A stretch of DNA of 64,000 bases, from assembly GCA_047947115.1 (NCBI GenBank), contig CP170459.1, positions 1,120,001-1,184,000 of the forward strand. Reading direction: 5' to 3'. A model generated the notes under the pieces. That model was given only the letters and a program-made list of their open reading frames with translations. It searched no databases and was not told the DNA's origin. Both the position numbers and the translations under genes were made by a program. Positions 58,831 to 64,000 of this stretch are shown here, one piece after another. The stretch is from Verrucomicrobiota bacterium (lineage in GTDB: Bacteria; Verrucomicrobiota; Verrucomicrobiia; Limisphaerales; AAA164-E04). How positions within the stretch are numbered: the first letter of the stretch is position 1; every line of letters starts with the position of its first letter.

Positions 58831-60591
58831 TTAGTCGAATGTTTCTTCATATGGGTTGCCTAAAAGTACACTGCGTCTCTCCTTGAGTATCCAGTTGTTT
58901 GGATCGAGCAGAACTTGTTCCGGGTGGACAGGTATTGTCAGGCGTCCTTCATTCATGGGATACTTTCTGATTCCACCGTCTTTTTCAATTTCAAGTGGCA
59001 TGGGGAAGGGATGGCCTTCGGGGACGTCCCATAGGATGGTCCATTCATCTCCTTCACGTTTCTCAACAAGTTTTGGTAATGCCGCTTGCCTGAGGTAAAC
59101 ATCAAAGAACCATGCCAGGTCTTGTCCGCTGACATCTTCCACCAGGTCGATGAAGTCCTTTGTGTTTGAGAAATGAATGGCCGAGCCATCCGTGTTGGAT
59201 TCCAGACCTGGGTCGGGATAGTTGAAGCGGCGCAGGCAGGTTTGGAGGTGTTCCTTGCCGATCAGATAGCGCAGGGTGTGCAGGATCCAGCTTCCTTTGA
59301 AATACATGTCGACACCCAGTTGTTCGTCGATGGTGTCGATGGAGGTGGGTTGGTCCGGGACCATGGGGAATTCGCTCTTGATGCGCTTGCGGTCCGTATA
59401 CATGCCGTGATGATAGGCCATAGCGCCCTGTCGTTCCTCCGCATAAAGCATCTGCATATAGGTGCAGGTGCCTTCGTGCAACCAGAAGTGGGCCCAGTCA
59501 TCGGCAGTGACCAGATTGCCCCACCATTCGTGGCCGAGTTCGTGGTGATGCAGCCAGTCGTATCCATGGGGACCTCCCCGGAACTGGTTGCCGTATGCAA
59601 TGATGGTCTGATGTTCCATCCCCAGGTGGGGTGTTTCCACTATACCGTACTTTTCATCGCGAAACGGGTAGGGGCCCAGCCATCGTTCGTAGAAATTCAG
59701 GTGACGTTTGAATTCGGGCACCGCTTGTTCCGCCTTTTCGCGGGAGGATGGCAGTACCCAGAAAAGGAACGGCACTTCGGTTCCGTCCACGCTGGTGTAG
59801 GTGGAATCGATCACTTCATAGGGACCTATGTTAAGTGCCAGGTTGTAGTTGCTGATGGGGTGGTGCGTTTGCCAGTGATAGGTCGACCATTTGTTGGAAT
59901 GGTGTTCCGTTGAGATGAGTTTTCCATTTGCCGCGACCACCAATGGATCGGGCACGGTGATGTGCAGATCGACCGATTCCGGTTTGTCCGATGGATGGTC
60001 TTTGCATGGGAACCAAAGATCGCCGCCTTCACCTTGAACCGTTGTGGCGATCCAGGGATGTCCGTCTTCGGTTTCCGACCAGGTGAATCCACCGTCCCAG
60101 GGGGCGCGTTCGGCTTCTTGTGGTTTGCCTTGATAGGCGACTTCGACATGGATGCGTTGTGAAGGATTCAGGGTAATGGATGATCGGATGTAAAGTGCGC
60201 CTTCTGAATGTGCGAATCTGGAAGGAATTTCGGCTTGTTCCGTTGATCTGACCTTCAGTGCCTTGATTTTGAATCGTGAATCCAGATCCAGCAGCACGGA
60301 GTCGGTTTTTTCCAACATGAGAAGGCTCAGTCGGGCTGTTCCGTTGATGGATTTTCGTTTGGGATCGATGTTCAGATCCAGATCGATGTGCTGAACGTCA
60401 AACCGTGCCTGCATGGGGTCCAAGGTGCCCCCGGAATCTTCAGTAGGCCGTGGAGATATGACCGTACTTGGGCTGAAATCTTTTGGATGCCTGTTATCAG
60501 TGTGTCGACAAGCGGTTCCTGAGATCAGCCACACGACCAGTGCACACATTAAAATTACGTGGAAAGGGATGCGCTGTGTGAGAGTGTTCAT
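58831..60591 (-). CDS. M1 family metallopeptidase (probable lipoprotein)
   Basis: Lipobox-like GTAC, WFPCKDHPSDK, GMEHQT, HELGHEWWGNLVT...WLHEG, YFKGSWILH. Confidence 0.88.
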   Translation of the reverse strand: MNTLTQRIPFHVILMCALVVWLISGTACRHTDNRHPKDFSPSTVISPRPTEDSGGTLDPMQARFDVQHIDLDLNIDPKRKSINGTARLSLLMLEKTDSVLLDLDSRFKIKALKVRSTEQAEIPSRFAHSEGALYIRSSITLNPSQRIHVEVAYQGKPQEAERAPWDGGFTWSETEDGHPWIATTVQGEGGDLWFPCKDHPSDKPESVDLHITVPDPLVVAANGKLISTEHHSNKWSTYHWQTHHPISNYNLALNIGPYEVIDSTYTSVDGTEVPFLFWVLPSSREKAEQAVPEFKRHLNFYERWLGPYPFRDEKYGIVETPHLGMEHQTIIAYGNQFRGGPHGYDWLHHHELGHEWWGNLVTADDWAHFWLHEGTCTYMQMLYAEERQGAMAYHHGMYTDRKRIKSEFPMVPDQPTSIDTIDEQLGVDMYFKGSWILHTLRYLIGKEHLQTCLRRFNYPDPGLESNTDGSAIHFSNTKDFIDLVEDVSGQDLAWFFDVYLRQAALPKLVEKREGDEWTILWDVPEGHPFPMPLEIEKDGGIRKYPMNEGRLTIPVHPEQVLLDPNNWILKERRSVLLGNPYEETFD

Positions 60592-60697
60592 GGTTCTTCG
60601 AATGTCAAAAAGGTGTTTAGATAATGGAATGGAGGCATGGTTTATGGATTAGAATGCTTCTCATTCGCTTCCAGACCGTGGCAAACGGTGAATGCGG

Positions 60698-60884
60698 CTC
60701 TGGACTGCGGTAAGTCATTACCGCTTTGGATGCCATCGGTCAACGGTGTAGCTAACTGCTTCATACATGCCATCCATTTTTTAAACTGTAACCCTATGTG
60801 CCCAAGAATCTTCAAAGTGAATCGCGAGTGTTCCTTTGGTATAGAATCGTATCCAGAGCGGTAATGACTTACCGCAGTCCAGAG
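60698..60884. repeat. REPIN-like inverted repeat pair (34-bp arms, 1 mismatch)
   Basis: CTCTGGACTGCGGTAAGTCATTACCGCTTTGGAT (60698-60731) and ATCCAGAGCGGTAATGACTTACCGCAGTCCAGAG (60851-60884). Each arm holds a GCGGTAA-n4-TTACCGC palindrome. Confidence 0.8.
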
Positions 60885-61111
60885 ATGTGCATAGGGTTCA
60901 GTCAGATCTTTCGAATGTAAAGCACCTCGCCAAACCTTCATTCACCTACCTGCCAGTCTGTGCCGTCAAACGCCCATTTGCAATTTCGGGCGTTTTTTTT
61001 ACTTTGATTTCCAACAAGCCCTTTTTCAAATGGAATTTTTGTTCCAAATTTGTGCTTTGACTGGGACCGGGAGTTCATTATTCTCCTCGGTCCCTATAAT
61101 CTATAGCGTCG

Positions 61112-62254
61112 ATGAGACAGTTCAGAACCATAGCATGGAATGCGTTTATGGAGTTGTTGCGTCAGCCGATTTTTCTTCTGCTGATGACAAGCTCTGCTGT
61201 GTTTGCCGTGTTCCTGGCCAGCACGCCCTACTTCGGTTTTGGTGATGATCCAAAACTGGTCAAGGACAGTGTGCTCGCGACCCTGTTGTTGGTCGGATTG
61301 TTCGGTGCCGTCATCAGTGCATCCGCCTCGGTAGCCCATGAAATCCGAACCGGAACCGCCCTGGTTGTTTTGTCCAAACCTGTGGGGCGCATCGTGTTCA
61401 TTCTGGGGAAGTATGTGGGACTCTCCGCCACCTTGGTGGTGTTGACCTATGTCAATCTGATGAGTGCATTGGTCGCCAGTAAGATTTCATTCACCGCTTA
61501 TGGTGAGGCTGATAAGACTGCTTTCTTTGTGTTCACCGGCGCCATCGCGCTGGCTTATTTGCTGGCTGGTTTTACCAATTACTTTCTGAATCGCACCTTT
61601 ACTTCAGATGCTGTGACTTTTGTAGTCATCCTGACGACCATTGCCTTTATCATTATCGCCAACATGGAACGCGCGGGTTCGATGTTTGAGGATCATATTG
61701 ATGTGGATTACCGATTGATTCCTGCAGCACTCCTCATTCTGTGTGCTTTTCTGCTGCTGGCGGGGTTGGCTTTGGTGTGTTCGACCCGACTTGAAATTGT
61801 CCCTACCTTGACCATTTGTACTCTGTTGTTTCTTGTTGGGCTCATGTCGGATTACCTTTTTGGGCGCTGGGCCGAGCCGGCATGGGTGGCTTTTCCGTCG
61901 CATCAATATGTCCAATCCGGACCCTTTACGGATGATCAGAAACAGTTATTGTCCACGGTCATCACCAAAGTCGATGCCAACGACAACAAGAAAATAGATT
62001 TGAATGAGATGGAATCTTTGGCCGCTGAAGACATCGAACAAATGAAAGCCGCTGGATTGGACAGCAAAGCCTGGGCCTCGGTGGTCTATGCCCTGGTGCC
62101 CAACTGGCAGTTATTCTGGCTGGCGGATGCATTGGAAAACGATAAGACGATTCCCTGGTCCTATGTGGGACGTTCGTTTACGTATGTCCTTTGCTATCTG
62201 GGAGCTTTGATGGCTCTGGCAGTGATGAGTTTTGAGAGTCGTGAATTGAATTAA
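61112..62254 (+). CDS. ABC-2-type transporter permease-like membrane protein with EF-hand-like loop
   Basis: IAWNAFMELLRQP, EIRTGTALVVLSKPVGR..FILGKY, about 8 TM helices, DANDNKKIDLNE, ends FESREL. Confidence 0.75.
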   Translation: MRQFRTIAWNAFMELLRQPIFLLLMTSSAVFAVFLASTPYFGFGDDPKLVKDSVLATLLLVGLFGAVISASASVAHEIRTGTALVVLSKPVGRIVFILGKYVGLSATLVVLTYVNLMSALVASKISFTAYGEADKTAFFVFTGAIALAYLLAGFTNYFLNRTFTSDAVTFVVILTTIAFIIIANMERAGSMFEDHIDVDYRLIPAALLILCAFLLLAGLALVCSTRLEIVPTLTICTLLFLVGLMSDYLFGRWAEPAWVAFPSHQYVQSGPFTDDQKQLLSTVITKVDANDNKKIDLNEMESLAAEDIEQMKAAGLDSKAWASVVYALVPNWQLFWLADALENDKTIPWSYVGRSFTYVLCYLGALMALAVMSFESRELN

Positions 62255-62292
62255 CACTACCATCGACCTGGATCGATGGAACGAAGCGAAGT

Positions 62293-64000
62293 ATGGAACG
62301 CAATACACAGAAAAACGGAATGGTCAACATGCTCGGGCTCATGGTGGCCTGTGTCGTGGCGGCTGTTATCGGCAAGATCGCACAATCTGCGACGTCGGCT
62401 GTAGGCGCTGTTTTCCTGGGCACGGGATTCCTGGTGGCAGCCATCAGTTATTTCCAAATGCGCTTGGAAAACCGCGAACACCTGGAGAAGTTGGAATTCG
62501 AAGAGATTGCCAAGGACCGCAACAGGTCGGCGCTCTTTGAGGAATCCGGCGATGATACCTTCCTTGCCCGAAAGGCCAGGGAGCAATTTGAACGCTTCTT
62601 TGTGCCGACCTTTACCGCTCTGCTCGGTGTCGGTCAGGCGGTGGCCGCGTACATGCTTTGGAATTGGTTGCCGAACGCTTTGCAGCCTGATCTGGGGAAA
62701 GCTCCGATCGTCATGGTGTCCTTCGCCGCGCTCGCCCTCATCCTTTTCATGGTGGGTAAATACAGCGCAGGAGTCGCACGCATGGAAAAACTGCGTTTGT
62801 TGCGTCCGGGTGGTGCTTATCTACTGCTCGGATCGGTGATCTGTGTGGTGGTTGTGATTTCATTTGCTGGAGGGTGGTTCGAGTTCACGAAGTTGGACAA
62901 GTTGCTGGCCCAGATCATGGTTGTTTTGCTTGGACTATCCACACTGGAAACCTTCATCAACCTGATCCTCGAAATCTACCGTCCCCGTACTAAGGCCAAA
63001 GCCGAGCGCACACTTTACGAAAGCCGTTTGGTTGGTTTGTTGGGACAACCTGCCGGACTGGTGACCACTGCAGCACAAGCGCTTGACTATCAGTTTGGTT
63101 TTAAAGTTTCCGATACCTGGTTCTACAAGTTCCTCGAAAAAGCGTTGGCCTGGTTGGTGCTCTTTCAGTTGGGAATGTTGATGTTGTCGACCACGTTTGT
63201 GATCATTGACCCCAACGAACTGGGCCTCCTCGAACGCTTCGGCAAACCACGCACCAGTGGCGCCGTGTTGGAGCCCGGCTTACACTTCAAGCTCCCCTGG
63301 CCGATGGACAAGGTCTACCGCCATCCTGCCAAGGAACTTCGCAGTTTTAATGTTGGCTATGAAGAGTATGCGACTCCTGAAGGGGAAGATGATCATGGCG
63401 ATGGAGGACATTCCAACGATCAACAGCGAACCTTGCTCTGGACTGCCAGTCATTATGATGAAGAATTGAACTTCCTGGTCGCCAGCAGCGAGCAGCTCAG
63501 TTCTGATGACCAAAGCGGAGACAGCCAGGCGGTTCCGGTTAATTTCCTGTCCGCAGCTGTTCCGGTTCAGTATGTGGTGAAAGATTTTGAGGCTTGGTAT
63601 TACAACCATACCAATCCCGCTGAATTGCTCAAATCCATCGGCTATCGCGAAGTGGTGCGTTATTTCGTGAACGTGGACCTGATTGAAATCATGTCGACGG
63701 GACGTCTCTCGGCGGCGGATGCACTGAAGAAGAATATCCAGGATCGGGCCGACAACCTTGGTTTGGGGGTCGAAATCATCTTTGTTGGTTTGCAGGACAT
63801 TCATCCTCCGGTGGGTGACAAGATGACCCCGGTGGCGGCTTCTTTTGAAGATGTCATTGGTGCCGAACAGGAGATGGAAGCCAAGATCCTGGCTGCTGAA
63901 GGTTATGCGGCGGAAATCGTTCCGAAAAGCCGGGGTGAAGCCGCTGAATTGGTTGCCGCAGCTCAGGGCGCCAACTACGAGCGCATTCTGACCAGTGAAG
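62293..64000 (+). CDS. HflK-like SPFH/band-7 protein with N-terminal multi-TM domain (3'-truncated by window edge)
   Basis: Not in the ORF track because it has no stop in the window. MERNTQK..., several TM helices, VIIDPNELGLLERFGK...LEPGLHFKLPWP, LGVEIIFVGLQDIHPP, SFEDVIGAEQE. Confidence 0.85.
   Translation, partial: MERNTQKNGMVNMLGLMVACVVAAVIGKIAQSATSAVGAVFLGTGFLVAAISYFQMRLENREHLEKLEFEEIAKDRNRSALFEESGDDTFLARKAREQFERFFVPTFTALLGVGQAVAAYMLWNWLPNALQPDLGKAPIVMVSFAALALILFMVGKYSAGVARMEKLRLLRPGGAYLLLGSVICVVVVISFAGGWFEFTKLDKLLAQIMVVLLGLSTLETFINLILEIYRPRTKAKAERTLYESRLVGLLGQPAGLVTTAAQALDYQFGFKVSDTWFYKFLEKALAWLVLFQLGMLMLSTTFVIIDPNELGLLERFGKPRTSGAVLEPGLHFKLPWPMDKVYRHPAKELRSFNVGYEEYATPEGEDDHGDGGHSNDQQRTLLWTASHYDEELNFLVASSEQLSSDDQSGDSQAVPVNFLSAAVPVQYVVKDFEAWYYNHTNPAELLKSIGYREVVRYFVNVDLIEIMSTGRLSAADALKKNIQDRADNLGLGVEIIFVGLQDIHPPVGDKMTPVAASFEDVIGAEQEMEAKILAAEGYAAEIVPKSRGEAAELVAAAQGANYERILTSE

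Noticed and set aside
1..64000. CRISPR array, tRNA or rRNA genes
   Set aside because: No regularly spaced direct repeats, cloverleaf signatures or rRNA motifs were seen. The repeats found are inverted/REP-like.

Overview
Bacterial chromosomal window. It is most likely from a marine Verrucomicrobiota (PVC) genome; this is inferred from the PEP-CTERM protein, two prepilin/H-X9-DG proteins, four sulfatases plus a GH29 fucosidase, futalosine-pathway mqnC and Ig-domain secreted proteins. Housekeeping genes are mqnC, a leuC-like gene, pssA, mnmG, pgi, msrA, hsp20 and a glutaredoxin. Accessory content includes a MacAB-TolC-like exporter, sulfated-glycan enzymes, two type II toxin-antitoxin pairs, an intact ISL3 element with an 8-bp target duplication, several decayed genes and many REP/MITE-like repeats. 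Reading the raw sequence adds features missing from the ORF track: a 6S-RNA-like gene (37650-37830, minus), two parS palindromes (one inside an apparent insertion in the mnmG coding sequence, implying an origin-proximal location), a 232-bp MITE with a 9-bp target duplication, and an HflK-like gene running off the right end. The best candidate for an undescribed system is a translationally coupled, PadR-associated operon (33526-37506, minus). Its main protein fuses a HAAS-like N-terminus, a membrane bundle, VIT and vWA domains and a PEP-CTERM tail. Other candidates are a His-less hybrid kinase, the DUF2868/DUF3482 GTPase pair and the ABC-2 permease/HflK-like pair. All family assignments come from motif recognition by eye; no database searches were run.
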